DNA of 64,000 nt from Pristiophorus japonicus (GCF_044704955.1 NC_091989.1:104098001-104162000); one strand, 5' to 3'; counted from the first letter of the stretch, positions 1-13,300 are shown. Numbers and translations: made by a program. The notes: generated by a model not told the origin, from the letters alone.

Positions 1-2325
1 AAACTGCACACAATAGTCAAGGTGTGGTCTCACCAAGGCCCTGTACAACTGCATTAAGACCTCCCTGCTTATTTAATCAAATCCTCTCGCTATGAAGGCC
101 AGCATGCCAGTTGCATTCTTTACTGCCTGCTGTACCTGCATGCCTACCTTCAATGACTAATGTACCATCACAGCCAGGTCTCGTTGCACCTCCACTTTTA
201 CAATCTGGCACGATTCAGATAATAATCTGCCTTCCTGTTTTTGACACCAAAGTGGATAACCTCACACTTATTCACATTATACTGCATCTGCCATGCATTT
301 GTCCATTCACCTAAACTGTCCAAGTCCCCCCGCAGCCTCCTAGCATCCTCCTCGCAGCTCGCACTGCCACCCAGCTTAGTATCATCTGCAAGCTTGGAGA
401 TATTACATTCAATTCCTTCGTCCAAATCATTAATGTACATTGTAAATAGCTGGGATCCCAGCACTGAACTCTGCGGCACCCCACTAGTGACTGTCTGCCA
501 TTCTGAAAAGGACCCGTTTATTCCCACTCTTTGCTTCCTGTCTGCCAACCAGTTCTCTATCCATGTCAATACATTAGCCCAATACCATGTGTCTTAATTT
601 TGCACACTAATCTCTTGTGTGGGACCTTGTCAAAAGCCTTTTGAAAGTCCAAATGCACCACATCCACTGGTTCTCCCTTATCCACTCTACTAGTTACATC
701 CTCAAAAAACTCTACAAGATTTGTCAAGTATGATTTCCCTTTCATAAATCCATGCTGACTTGGACTGATCCTGTCACTGCTTTCCAAATGCGCTGCTGTT
801 ACATCTTTAATAATTGATTCCAGCATTTTCCCCACCGTTGATGTCAGGCTAACCGGTCTATAATTGCCTGTTTTCTCTCTCCCTCCTCTTTTAAAAAGTG
901 GGGTTACATTAACTACCCTCCAATCCATAGGAACAGAACCAGAGTCCATGGAATGTCGGAAAATGACCACCAATGCACCTACTATTTCTAGAATCACTTC
1001 CTTAATAATCTGGGATGCAGACTATCAGGCTTTGGAGATTAACAGCCTTCAGTCCCTTCAATTTCCCTAACACCATTTCCTGACTATTAAGGATTTTGCT
1101 CAGTTCCCCCTTCTCGCTAGACCCTCGGACCCATAGTATTTTCTGGAGGTTATTCGTGTCTTCCTTAGTGAAGACAGAACCAAAGTATTTGTTCAATTGG
1201 TCTGCCATTTCCTTGTTCCCCATTCTGAATTCCCCTGATTCTGGCTGAAAGGTACCTACATTAGTCTTCACTAATCATTTTCTCTTCACATATCTACAGA
1301 GCTTTTGCAGTCAGTTTTTATGCTCCGTGCAAGCTTACTCCAATACTCTATTTTCCCCCTCCTAATTAAACCCTTAGTTCTCCTCTGCTGAATTCTAAAT
1401 TTCTCCCAGTCCTCAGGTTTGCTGCTTTTTCTGGCCAATTTTTATGCCTTTTCCTTGGATTTAACAGTTTCCCTAATTTCCCTTGTTAGCCAATATTGAG
1501 CCACCTTCCCTTTTTTATTCTTATGCCACACAGTGATGCAAAATTGTTGTAGTTCATCCATGTGATATTTAACTGTCTGCCATTGCCTATCCACCGTCAA
1601 CCCTTTAAGTATCATTCTCCAGTCTATCCTAGACAATTCATGTCTCATAGCGCCGAAGTTTCCTTCCTTTAAGTTCAAGACCATAGTCTGTGAATTAACT
1701 GTGTCACTGTTCATCTTAATGAAGAATTCTACCATATTATGTTCAGTCTTCCCCAAGGAGCCCCGCATGACCAGATTGCTAATTAATCCTCTCTTGTTAC
1801 ACAAGACCCAGTCTAGGATGGCCTGCTCTCTAGTTTTTTTCCTCGACATATTGGTCTAGAAAACCATCCCTTATACATTCCAGGAAATCCTCCTCCACAG
1901 TATTTCTAGCAGTTTGGTTAGCCCAATCAATATGTAGATTATAGTCACCTATGATAACTGCTGTACTCTTATTGCACGCGACCCTAATTTCCTGTTTGAT
2001 GCCATCCCCAACCTCCCTACTACTGTTTGGTGGTCTGTACACAACGCCCACTAATGTTTTCTGTCCTTTGATGTTTCGCAGCTCTACCCATATAGATTCC
2101 ACATCATCCACGCTAATGTCCTTCCTTACTATTGCGTTAATTGCCTCTTTAACCAGTAACGCTAACCCACCTCCTTTTCCTGCCTGTCTGTCCTTCCTGA
2201 ATATTGAATACCCTTGGATGTTGAGTTCCCAGCCTTGGTTACCTTGGAGCCATGTCTCCGTAATCCCAATTACATCATATCCATTAACAGCTATCTGCAC
2301 AGTAAATTCATCCACCTTATCATGC
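1..2325 (-). mobile_element. 5'-truncated CR1-clade LINE, ORF2 (AP endonuclease + RT), degenerate; lies in an intron of gene A
   Basis: ORF pieces GITETWLQ, GVVYRPPN, GDYNLHIDW (APE), NYRPVSLTS, LDFQKAFDKVPH, PQSSVLG, LADDTKLGG (RT), broken by stops and frameshifts; runs off the window start. Confidence 0.93.
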
Positions 2326-2924
2326 TTAATGTTCTTATATGTTTCCCGAAGATCATAGCTGAGGCACCTCCTTTCCAGTTTAAAATGTAACATTTATTCA
2401 GAGTTTTGGGAAAACTCAGTTCCCTGACACTGGGAAACCAGCCTGGTGGCTCTTTTCTGCGCTGGTGCTGGCGCTTGATCAGAAGTGACCAAAATTAGTT
2501 GCAATATTCAATAGTCCGTGTAATTAGAGCACTATACAGTTTGATCTTTCCCTCCTCTGACTTTCATTCTACTGTTTTGCCTATGTTGTTCATCAGGCTA
2601 TTGACTTTGTTCATTGCTCTTCTGCATTGGATGGATCTGATACCTGATTAACGTCCAGACTAATAAACTCCTTGATCAGTTTCATTTCCATCTTTATCCT
2701 TCTTAATACATGGAGTACATGTGCAGTTTACTTTTTCTTCTTATCTGTAGCGCGCTGCTCTTCTCTACATTGAATTTCATCTGCCATTGCTCTGCCAGAT
2801 ATATCTATATATCTAAAGTCATGTTAAGCTTTGCATTGACACTAAAACACTATTTAAAGTACAAACATGGAAAATTAATAAACATTTTAATAATTGAATG
2901 TAATTACATTCCATTCATTTCCAG

Positions 2925-2968
2925 GTAAACAGGAAAGTGTAATAATACTAGACCCGCATGAAGCGCTG
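2925..2968 (+). CDS. IgSF receptor gene A, first cytoplasmic exon (GKQESVIILDPHEAL)
   Basis: Acceptor cattcatttccag, donor gtaggt, 44 nt, phase 1 to phase 0; same length and entry phase as gene B exon 38557-38600. Confidence 0.7.
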
Positions 2969-3492
2969 GTAGGTTCATCTCATTTATCCGGGAATAGGGT
3001 TGCAATATAAATAAATATTGTTATGATGGGGATATTTTATCAAAACCTATTTTGCAGACGTATTTGCCCTGCTTTGATGTGTCATTCAAATCGTGTTTTC
3101 ACATTTGTTGCGAAGCAGGTGTAAGTTATTAAAGAAAGAGAAACAATGAAATCGGTAGCGTCATTGAACATATAACTAGATAATAATTATGTGTGCATCC
3201 ATCTAGCCGTTGCTTTTGGAATTTGATATTATATGTCTAAGATGCTGAAACGACCTATTGTTTCAACATATCTGAAACACTATATCGTAGTGAAAATCGA
3301 CAGGTTGAAATGTAAATTGCAATGGACACACTATTTAATGGGCATTTGCACATTTTAAAATATATTAGTTGTGGTTTCTGCATTTTATTTGTGGTCCAGT
3401 TCATTCTGTTTATTGTTTGATCAGCAATCTGTAAATTGGGGAAGACAATGAACAAGCCACATAAAAATACATTTTCTTTGTGGCCCATGCAG

Positions 3493-3630
3493 GGTGCCAA
3501 GGACGAGATCATTGCTTATGCTGCCGTAAATTTGAGCAAAGCCAAGGAAATTCCAAGGCGTAAACATGCAGAGGAGAGGACAACATACGCTCAGGAGAAA
3601 CATAGGAACGCGTGGAGCGCCAACATTAAT
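3493..3630 (+). CDS. IgSF receptor gene A, ITIM exon (GAKDEIIAYAAVNLSKAKEIPRRKHAEERTTYAQ...)
   Basis: Acceptor ttttctttgtggcccatgcag, phase 0; ITIM IAYAAV; the GT donor gtaaga at 3631 keeps frame; the probable ancestral donor after 3594 now reads GA. Confidence 0.78.
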
Positions 3631-3779
3631 GTAAGAGCGCAGTATTTGGGGTTGTTCTGACTTTGACCGTGTGTTGTATCTAAAACTGTGTGTGTTATTC
3701 TGACGGCTGCCTTGAGCAGCAAACCACAACCTGGTAAAACGACCACCAATCAACAATATTTAAAACATTGGCTTTTCAG

Positions 3780-3953
3780 ATAAAACAAGGGACAGCCCAG
3801 GACAAGGTGACCTACGCGATTCTAGAATTGTCTGGCACCGAGAAAGCGGGAAAATCTAAAAATAATAAAAGAATCATAGAATATGCCGAGATACAGACGA
3901 AAACCCCAAGAGGAATAACAGAAGCCGTCTACACTGATGCAAGAATGAAATAG
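3780..3953 (+). CDS. IgSF receptor gene A, terminal exon with ITIMs (VTYAIL, IEYAEI, AVYTDA); SIRP-alpha-like inhibitory tail
   Basis: Acceptor ttggcttttcag, phase 0, open to TAG 3951-3953; Y-to-Y spacing of 23 aa, identical to that in the preceding exon. Confidence 0.85.
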   Translation: MKQGTAQDKVTYAILELSGTEKAGKSKNNKRIIEYAEIQTKTPRGITEAVYTDARMK

Positions 3954-4020
3954 AGATACAATTCATTGGTGTATACTGATTAATTCCGAAGCCATATCAA
4001 CTCCACTGATTTAAATGGAA

Positions 4021-4026
4021 AATAAA
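4021..4026 (+). promoter_or_regulatory. Candidate polyadenylation signal of gene A
   Basis: AATAAA about 70 nt after the stop; another AATAAA at 4169-4174. Confidence 0.45.
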
Positions 4027-4729
4027 ATCTGGCGGTTTCTATAAAAGACCGGAGATTCGATTGAATAGTTTAACGCCCAAGCACTGGAAGTGTTAATTAT
4101 CTCCATGTGCAAGTATATCTGTGTTATCCAATCACCGAGATGTAACACATTCCAGTATTATAGTATATAATAAAGCTATGATAATTGTTTAATTTTTTTG
4201 GGGGGGGGGGAATTATTAGTCATAAATATATAGATGCGAGTAATAAAACAATTTTCAAGTTAAAGGTGTTATTTTTTATATAACGATCCTATACTATTTC
4301 AATTAGAAATGATTGAATAAACCATGATATACGTTGTTAAAATGTGGCCCAACCTCGCCAATGGAGTTATAAACTTTTAACATGCAATAGAGGTTTGATT
4401 CAAAAAAGCCTAAATAAATGGCATTGAACTACAAACACCCACTCCTTTTAGAGTGGTTGCCGCATCAGGAAAGCGATAACACGTGGTTTAAAATGTTACA
4501 TTGAGATCTCTTTGGGAAGTAGCTCAACTAAATTACAGGGTTAGAAGATTGTGCAACTGATACCAGAATAACGCTAGCCCAGCAGTTCTAATAACCAAGT
4601 TTTTGATTCCGAATCTGAAGACCATCCAAGACGAAGTGAATTAGTTGCCTCTTGCTTCCTGCAACTGTCATGGTTGCTTGATTGTGTGCATTATCAAGCA
4701 GGAGAATAGACACAGTACCAAGTGTTTTT

Positions 4730-5610
4730 GAATGTTAGAGATTAGAAAACGGCCATTCGACGCACAGAGACTGAAACATTGTTTTTCTCCACAAGAACCA
4801 CTTAGTTAATTCTATACACCTCTTCGCTCTTCATAATCTATAATGTTCCACTTTTTCATGCAGCTCCTTCTCAATGAAAAGGATGATCTGCTTCAACAAC
4901 GGAATACGGCAGGCTATTCCAAATTCGCACACTCTAACTATGGTCTCTGTAAAGAGTATTTTGCATCTCCATTTTGCGATTATTTGAAATGTATGGCTTC
5001 TTGTTACCGTCCACCGGCGAATGACAATAATTTAACAATCCTTCACAAACTTGAAAACCACCATATGCACACCTCTTAATCCTCCCAGCTGCGTTGATGA
5101 AAGCCCTAGCTTCTCAAGTCTCTCCATAACTTTAACCCCACATTCCTGGTAACACAGTAGCTAACCTATGATGCACGCCTTCCATGTTTTTTCTATCCTT
5201 CTTGTAATGGGATGATGATACCAAAATACACCAAACCAATTACAGTCTAAATAAACTAAAATACAACGTTACATCTATGTTTTTCCACTTTATTCCCCTA
5301 GACGGAAACTCAAAGGACTCTTTTCGGTACCAGAATTACCAACTTGTATATTCGCGCAGCAAGTTTAACGAATGTTTTATTTCTCCGTTTTCATCTCCAA
5401 AAATGCATTACTATACATGTATCTGCCATTTACATCTGTTGTTTAACTGCCCACCCAGCGATGCCTATCAGTAATCCGCTACAGGATTTCACAAGCTTCA
5501 TCCCAGTTCTACATCCTTCTTTTACCATTAGGTGTTATCTTCAAGTTTGGATGTTAATCCCTCAATTCCCACCGACCGATAATTTATGTGTGTAATAAAA
5601 AAAACAGCAC
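4730..5610 (-). mobile_element. Old, highly degenerate CR1 3' fragment
   Basis: Recognisable reverse-complement CR1 3' UTR and RT C-terminal sequence; no intact ORF. Confidence 0.55.
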
Positions 5611-5619
5611 CAACTCAGG

Positions 5620-8090
5620 TGCAGCTATGAAAAAGCATTCGTTAAGGTGCCACTCAAGAGGATATTACACAAAGTTAAAGCTCATGGGATTGGAGTTAAT
5701 ATATTAACATGGGCAAGAATTGGTTAACGGACAGAAAACAGTGAGCAGGAAAAAATGAATCATTTTCGGGTAGGCAACATGTAACCTAGTTAGGGCTTGG
5801 CCCTCAACTATTTACAATCTATATCAACGACCGATGGTTATGTACCCAACTTTTCTGACGACACACAGTTAGGTGGGAAAGCATACTGAGAGAAGAATAC
5901 ACAGAAGTTGCAAATATATATAGACAGGTTAGTTGAGTGATCACGAACATGGAAGCTGTACTATAATATGAGGAAGTGTGAAGTTATCCATTTTAGATGA
6001 AAAATCGAAAAGCAGAATATTGTTTAAATAGTGAGAGACTAGGAATTGTTGCTATTCAGAAAGCCCTGGCTGACCTTGTACACGAATCACATAAAGTTAA
6101 TATGCAGGTACAGCAAGCAATTAGGAAGACAAGTGGTATGATAGCCTTGATTACAAAGGAGTTGTTGCATAAGAGTAAATAAACTTACTACAATTGTATA
6201 GGGCCTTGGTGAGACCACACCTGGAGTAATGTGTACAGTTCTGGTATCCGTATCTAAGATAGGATATGCCTGCCTTATCATAGGCAGTCCCTTGGAATCG
6301 AGGAAGACTTGCTTCCACTCTTAGCATGAGTTCTTAGGTGGCTGTACAGTCCCATATGAGAACAACAGTCTCTGTCACAGGTGGAACAGACACTGGTTGA
6401 GAGGAAGTGTGGGTAGGCTCCTTCCGCTGCCTGCACTAGATTTCTGCATGCTGTCGGCAATGATGCTCGTGGAGCTCAGCGCCCTCCGGATGCATTTCCT
6501 CCACTTAGGGTAGTCTTTGGCCAGGGACTCCCACCTGTCAGTGGAGATTTCGCACTTTATCAGGGAGGCTTTGAGGTTGTCCTTGTAATGTTCCCTCTGC
6601 CCGCTTTTGGCTCATTTGCCTTGGACGAGTTCCAAGTAGAGCGCTTGCTTTGGGAATCTCGTGTCTGGCTTGCGAACTATGTGGCCTGCCCAGCGGAGCT
6701 CAACGAGTGTGGTCAGTGCTTCAATGCTGGGGATATTGGCCTGGTCGAGGACGCTAACATTTGTGCACCTGTCCTCCCAGTGGATTTGTAGGATCTTGCG
6801 GAGACATTGCTGGTGGTACTTCTCCAGTGACTTGAGGTGTCTACTGCACATACAGGAGGGCAGATATTACTACGGTCCTGTAGACCATGAGCTTGGTGAC
6901 AATATTGAGGGCCTGGTGTTCAAACGCTCTTTTCCTCAGGTGGCCAAAGGCTGCACTGGTGCACTGGAGGCGTTGTTGGATCTCGTCATCAATGCCTGCT
7001 CTTGTTGATAGGAGACTCCTGAGATAAGGGAAGTGGCAGTAGTTCACATTGTCCAGGGCCGTGCCATGGATCCTGATGTCTGGGGGACAGTGCTGTGCAG
7101 TGAGGATAGGCTGGTGAAGGACCTTTGTCTTACTGATGTTTAGCATAAGGCCCATTCTTTCATACACCTCGGTAAATACGTCGACTATGTCCTGGAGTTC
7201 AGCCTCTGTGTGTGCACAAATGCAGGCGTCATCCCCATACTGTCACTGGACGTCAGAGGTCGGAGTGGGCTTGGACCTGGCTGGGAGACGATGAAGGTTG
7301 AACAGCTTCCCACTGGTTCTGTAGTTTAGGTCCACTCCAGCAGCGAGCTTGTCAACTGTGAGATGGAGCATGGCAGCAAGGAAGATTGAGAAGAGGGTTA
7401 GGGTGATGACGCTGCCCTGCTTGATCCTGGTCCGGATGTGAATTCGGTCTGTGATGGATCTGTTGGTAAGGATCACGGCCTGCATGTTGTCGTGGAGCAG
7501 GCGGAGGATGGTGATGTACTTTTGGGGGCATCCAAAATGGAGGAGGACGCTCCATAGACCATCGCAGTTGACAGTGTCAAAGGCCTTTTTAAGGTCGAAG
7601 AAGGCCATGTATAAGGGCTGGCACTGTTCCCTGCATTTTTCCTGCAGCTGTCGCGCTGCAAAAATCATGTCCGTTGTGCCCCGCAGATTTAGTAATCTCG
7701 GCCTATGTTCCCTAGAATCTAGAAGAATCAAAGGTAATCTCATTAAAACATGCAAAATTATGAAAGGACTTGACAAGGTAGATGTTTGGAAAATGTTTCC
7801 CTTGGCTGGGGAGTATATAACTAGGGGTCACAATCTCAGAATAATGGGTTGGCCATTTAGGACTGAGATGAAGAAAAATTTCTTCCTCAAAAGATTGTAA
7901 ATCTTTGGAATTCTCTGCCCTAGAGTGCTGTGACTGCTCAGTCGTTGAGTACATTCAAGACAGAGATCGTTAGATTTCTGGATACTAAGGGAACAAAGGG
8001 ATATGGGGATAATGCGGGAAGGTGGAGTTCCGGTAGAAGGTCTTATTGAATAGCAGAACAAGCTCGAAGGGCCGAATGGCCTACTTCTGA
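5620..8090 (+). mobile_element. CR1 3' fragment interrupted by an RTE element
   Basis: RT motifs at 5630-6270 (KAF.KVP, FSDDT, RPHLE); resumes at about 7683 with SLESRRIKGNLIKT and the CR1 3' UTR. Confidence 0.8.
6278..7682 (-). mobile_element. 5'-truncated RTE-clade (BovB-like) LINE
   Basis: RGTTDMIFAARQLQEKCREQ, AFFDLKKAFDTVN, GLMLNISKTKV, LRWAGHIVR, C-terminal CSTC..GLYSH zinc finger. Confidence 0.92.
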
Positions 8091-10160
8091 TCTAGAAAAC
8101 TATCTTGAATCTAGGGAATTCTGGAAAATGAAAGCTATAGCAACCACTATCCCTGTATCCACCTTTCTCAAAACCCTGAGATTGTTACTATACTAATAGG
8201 TGTTGCTAATACTGACACCTTCGCATGCTTTTCTAAAGCTAAGTAAAGAACATGGCTCATGAGCTCATCTCCGCTGCTGCATTTCAAGTTTTAAATTTAG
8301 CTGTTAAAAAGCAACATTCTGAAAACGCGTGTTGCATAGCAACAGCTATTCAACCTCATATTTCGTGTAATTTCAGGAACACACAACGCTCACATTAAAC
8401 GAAGATTCTATTTGATATTTTCTCTTGTAACCTTTCCTAACCCCACTATCAACTGGAATCTGGAATCACGTCACCTTAAGGCGGCTGAATCGTTTCTTTT
8501 CTCATTTTCCTATATTGCGCTAAGTGTAGAACTGTATTCCTAAATAGATTTTCGACTGTCTAGTTTATTCATCGACACACAAGTGTCAGTGCAGTAATAT
8601 TGTCTATACACTTGATGTTTAACATAACTGAATGTACTCCATACTTTAATGTTGATCACATGGGCTTCCAAAATATATGTTGTGGACAACTGTCTAAAAT
8701 GTCACAAGTATTTGGTTAAACTTACACATATTTTATTCAATTGCATTTTAATTGTAATCATTTTAAGGTGAGTGCTGCTAAATTAAAATTGTCTTTTGTT
8801 TTACACCTTAGGACTGCAGGTTGTACGCGTGCCAAGGTCTATTTTTCCTACAGAATTTCTTGCGGGACATCTTGCCATTCAACTTCATCCACAGCATGAG
8901 CGGGACACAGGGTGGAGGGTAATTATGATGTCACAAGAGGGGAACTTTCATGTAGAATTCGTGCCTTCAAGCAGCAGTTTAACAGTATACAGTGCCTGAA
9001 GAGAGCGGTCAATGTATAGGTAATCCCTTGATAACACTGAAGGCATAATGTATAGATTAGAAGAATGCACTTTCCCTTTAAGCCTTTGATTATGTTCAAA
9101 TGATTGAAATGTTAAAGAACACAAATAAAAATAAGTACACAGACCAAAACGCATGCGTGAGTGCGTAAGCATCCACACTCACACACACGTTAAATTTTTA
9201 GTCTCTGTGCATACCCAAATGAAAAAAGTAAACAACCCTGACTATTATCGTAGGAATATAATAAAAATGAAAGTGAATATAGCAATGATAAAGGCAATTG
9301 TCTTGACAGACTCAATACGCGTAAAGCTCATGTGTTTTCGCTATCTCTAACTTAACCCAGCACCAAATCGTAATTGCTCACCAATCCCAAGCAGAAATGT
9401 ATTTATTTCACCATTCTGTAGTCATGGCGCTAGGTGCATTTTACACCGTCATTACAAGTCTGAGTGAGAACAAGCTGGGCTTTCAGTTATATGCAGTACA
9501 TCATTTTGAGAGCTGAGAATCAGGACTCTGGTTCCACACAAACAATCAGCCACCCCACTGATAGCGTTATCTGAACTGATCCACGTAGCGACTGCATTGA
9601 ATGTTTAGTGTATGTAGCTAACATATAATTTGCTCTCTGTGCAATTTGAAAACAATAATAATACGGTTGTTCTGAGACTGTGTGCTCCTTAGCAATATGA
9701 ATACTACACATGAAGCCGAGATCCATTTACATTCAATGAGAAACAAAAGGGCAGATACACAAATTAAGCCAGTACAAACTATAAACATAATGAGCACAAC
9801 GAAAGATCCCTTGGGAAATTTATTTTTTAACGTAATTTCACCCCACAGTTTAGTCACACTCGGGGTAGTGTCGGCCGCAAGCCCTGTGAGAATAATTAGA
9901 AACACAGAAACATGGAAAATAAGTGCAGGAATAGGCCTTTCGGCCCTTTGTGCCTGCACCACCATTCAATAAGATCATGGCTGAACATTCATCTCAGTAC
10001 CCCTTTCCTGCTTTCTCTCCATACTCCTTGATCCCTTTAGCCACTAGGGCCATATCTCACTCCCTCTTGAATATATCTAATGAACTGGCATCAACAACTT
10101 TCTGCGGCAGAGAATTCCAGAGGATAGCAATTCTCTGAGTGAAGAAGCATCTCCTCATCT

Positions 10161-10328
10161 CTGAGTCGGGAGTCCGTGAATCAGAGAGGCCTACAAAAGG
10201 CCGTGAGGCCGGGGGGGTGCGTCGCTGAGTCGGGAGTCCGGGATTGCTGAGAGGCCTACAAAAGGCCGTGAGGTCGGGAGGTGCATCGCTGAGTCGGGAG
10301 TCCGGGGTCGGCGAGAGGCCTACAAAAA
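10161..10328 (+). repeat. 64-bp tandem monomers (about 2.6 copies) at the CR1 5' end
   Basis: ctgagtcgggagtccg starts at 10161, 10225 and 10289; each unit contains ggcctacaaaa. Confidence 0.9.
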
Positions 10329-13300
10329 TCCCTGCTTGTGCAGCTACAGGGAGAAGGCAAAAAAGAAGTAGAAAGAAATAGAAAGGTGACGTTACAGCCA
10401 AGGGGGTAAGTGATTGGCTGGTGATTGGTAAGTAGTTTTTCTTTTATCTCTTCTATATCAGTGAGCAACTTTTAGCACTGTTGTTGCCAATTTAAGTTAA
10501 TTTAAGGGTTAAGTCATGGCAGGCGAGCTCGGACAAGTGTTATGCTCCTCCTGTACTATGTGGGAAATCAGGGATGCCTCCGGTGTCCCTGATGACTACG
10601 TGTGCGGGAAGTGTATCCGCCTCCAGCTCCTGACGGTCCGCGTTGCGGAATTGGAGCTGTGGGTGTATTTACTCTGGAGCATCCACGATGCTGAGAATGA
10701 CGTGAGTAGCACGTGTAGCGAGTTGGTCTTACCGCAGGTGAAGGGTCCACAGCCAGTTAGGGAATGGAAGACCAGCAGGAAGAGCAGTGCAAGGAAGGTA
10801 GTGCAGGGGTCCATTGCAGTCATCCCCCTGCAAAACAGATACACCGCTTTGAGTACTGTTGAGGGAGATGACTCATCAGGGGAGGGCAGCAGCAGCCAAG
10901 TTCATGGCACCGTGGCTGGCTTTGCTGCACAGGAGGGCAGGAAAAAGAGTGGGAGAGCGATAGTGATAGGAGATTCAATTGTAAGGGGCATTTCTGCGGC
11001 TGCAACCGAGACTCGAGGATGGTATGTTGCCTCCATGGTGCAAGGGTCAAGGATCTCTTGGAGCGGGTGCAGGACATTCTGAAAAGGGAGGGTGAACAGC
11101 CAGTTGTTGTGGTGCACATTGGTACCAATGATATAGGTAAAAAAAGGGATGAGGTCCTACGAGACGAATTTAAGGAGCTAGGATCTAAATTAAAAAGTAG
11201 GACCTCAAAAGTAGTAATCTCGGGATTGCTACCAGTGCCACGTGCTAGTCAGAGTAGGAATCGCAGGATAGCTCAGATGAATACGTGGCTTGAGCAGTAG
11301 TGCAGCAGAGAGGGATTCAAATTCCTGGGACATTGGAACCGGTTCTGGGGGAGGTGGACCAGTACAAACCGGACGGTCTGCACCTGGGTAGGACTGGAAC
11401 CAATGTCCTAGGGGGAGTGTTTGCTTGTGCTGTTGGGGAGGAGTTAAACTAATATGGCAGGGGGATGGGAACCAATGCAGGGAGACAGAGGGAAACAAAA
11501 TGGAGACAAAAGCAAAAGACAGAAAGGAGATGAGTAAAAGTGGAGGGCAGAGAAACCCAAGGCAAAAAAACCAAAAAGGGCCACTGTACAGCAAAATTCT
11601 AAAGGGTCAAAGTGAAATAAAAAGGCAAGCATGAAAGCTCGGTGCCTCAATGCAAGGAGTATTCGGAACCCAGGAGAGGGCTCTGAGCTAGGTAGAGTGG
11701 GTGAGAGCTCAGATGAACAGGACCCCAAGAAAGAATGCAAAAGGCAGGAGGCAACAAAGTAGAGTAGCACTGGGGTAAGTGTAAACCACAAGGTGATAGG
11801 AAGGGACAATGTGTATGAATATAACAGGGCTGCAGGAGGGGTCAAAACTAAAAATCATGGTTTAAAAACTAGTATTAAAACACTCTACCTAAACGCACGC
11901 AGCATTCGAAATAAAATAAATGAGTTGACGGCACAAATCATTACAAATGAGTATGATTTGGTGGCCATTACAGAAACATGATTGCAGGGTGGCCAAGACT
12001 GGGAATTAAACATACAGGGGTATCTGATGATTCGGAAAGATAGACAAGAAAGGAAAGGAGGTGGGATAGCTCTGTTAATAAAGGATGATATCAGGGCAGT
12101 TGTGAGAGACGATATTGGCTCTAATGAACAAAATGTTCAATTATTGTGGGTGGAGATTAGAGATAGTAAGGTGAAAAAGTTACTGGTGGGCGTAGTTTAT
12201 AGCCCCCAAGTATTAACTTCATGGTGGGGTGGGCAATAATCAAGGGAATAATGGAGGCATGTGAAAAAGAAACGGGGGATTTTAACCGACATATCGATTG
12301 GTCAAATCAAATCACACGGGGTGGCCTTGAGGAGGAATTCATAGAATGCATACGGGATTGTTTCTTAGCACAGTATGATACAGAACCTACAAGGGAGCAA
12401 GCTATCTTAGATCTGGTCCCATGTAATGAGACAGGAATAATAAACGATCTCCTAGTAAAAGATCCTCTAGGAATGAGTGATCACAGTATGGTTGAATTTA
12501 TAATACAGATTGAGGGTGAGGAAGTAGTGTCTCAAACGAGCATACTATGCTTAAACAAAGGGGACTACATTGGGATGAGGGCAGAGTTGGCTAAAGTAGA
12601 CTGGAAACACAGACTAAATGGTGGCACAATTGAGGAACAGTAGAGGACTTTTAAGGAGTTCTTTCATAGTGCTCAACAAAAATATATTCCAGTGAAAAAG
12701 AAGGGCGGTAAGAGAAGGGATAACGAGCCGTGGACAACCAAGGAAATAAAGGAGAGTATCAAATTAAAAACCAATGTGTATAAGGTGGCCAAGGTTAGTG
12801 GGAAACTAGCAGATTGGAAAAATTTTGTACGGCAGCAAAGAATGACTAAGAAAGCAATAAAGAAAGGAAAGATAGATTACGAAAGTAAACTTGCGCAAAA
12901 CATAAAAACAGATAGTAAAAGCTTTTACCGATATATAAAATGGAAAATAGTGACTAATGTAAATGTTGGTCCCTTAGAAGATGAGAAGGGAGATTTAAAA
13001 ATGGGAAATGTGGAAATGGCTGAGACTTTAAACAATTATTTTGCTTCGGTCTTCGCAGTGAAAGACTCAAAAACCATGCCAAAAATTGCTGGTCACGGGA
13101 ATGTGGGAAGGGAGGACCTTGAGATAATCACTATCACTAGCGGGGTAGTGCTGGACAGGCTAATGGGACTCAAGGTAGACAAGTCCCCTGGTCCTGATGA
13201 AATGCATCCTCGGGTATTAAAAGAGATGGCGGAAGTTAGAGAAGATGCATTTGTTATAATCTACCAATATTCTCTGGACTCTGGGGAGGTACCAGCGGAT

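Noticed and set aside
241-597. Numerous 60-200 aa antisense ORFs over LINE RT regions
   Set aside because: Shadow ORFs of CR1/RTE coding strands with no independent motifs.
8100-9890. Non-repeat stretch possibly hiding exons of a third paralogue
   Set aside because: No Ig, TM or ITIM motifs found on either strand by eye.
10161-10328. CRISPR-like periodic repeats (also 62689-62813)
   Set aside because: Head-to-tail tandem units without unique spacers, no cas genes, and a vertebrate LINE context.
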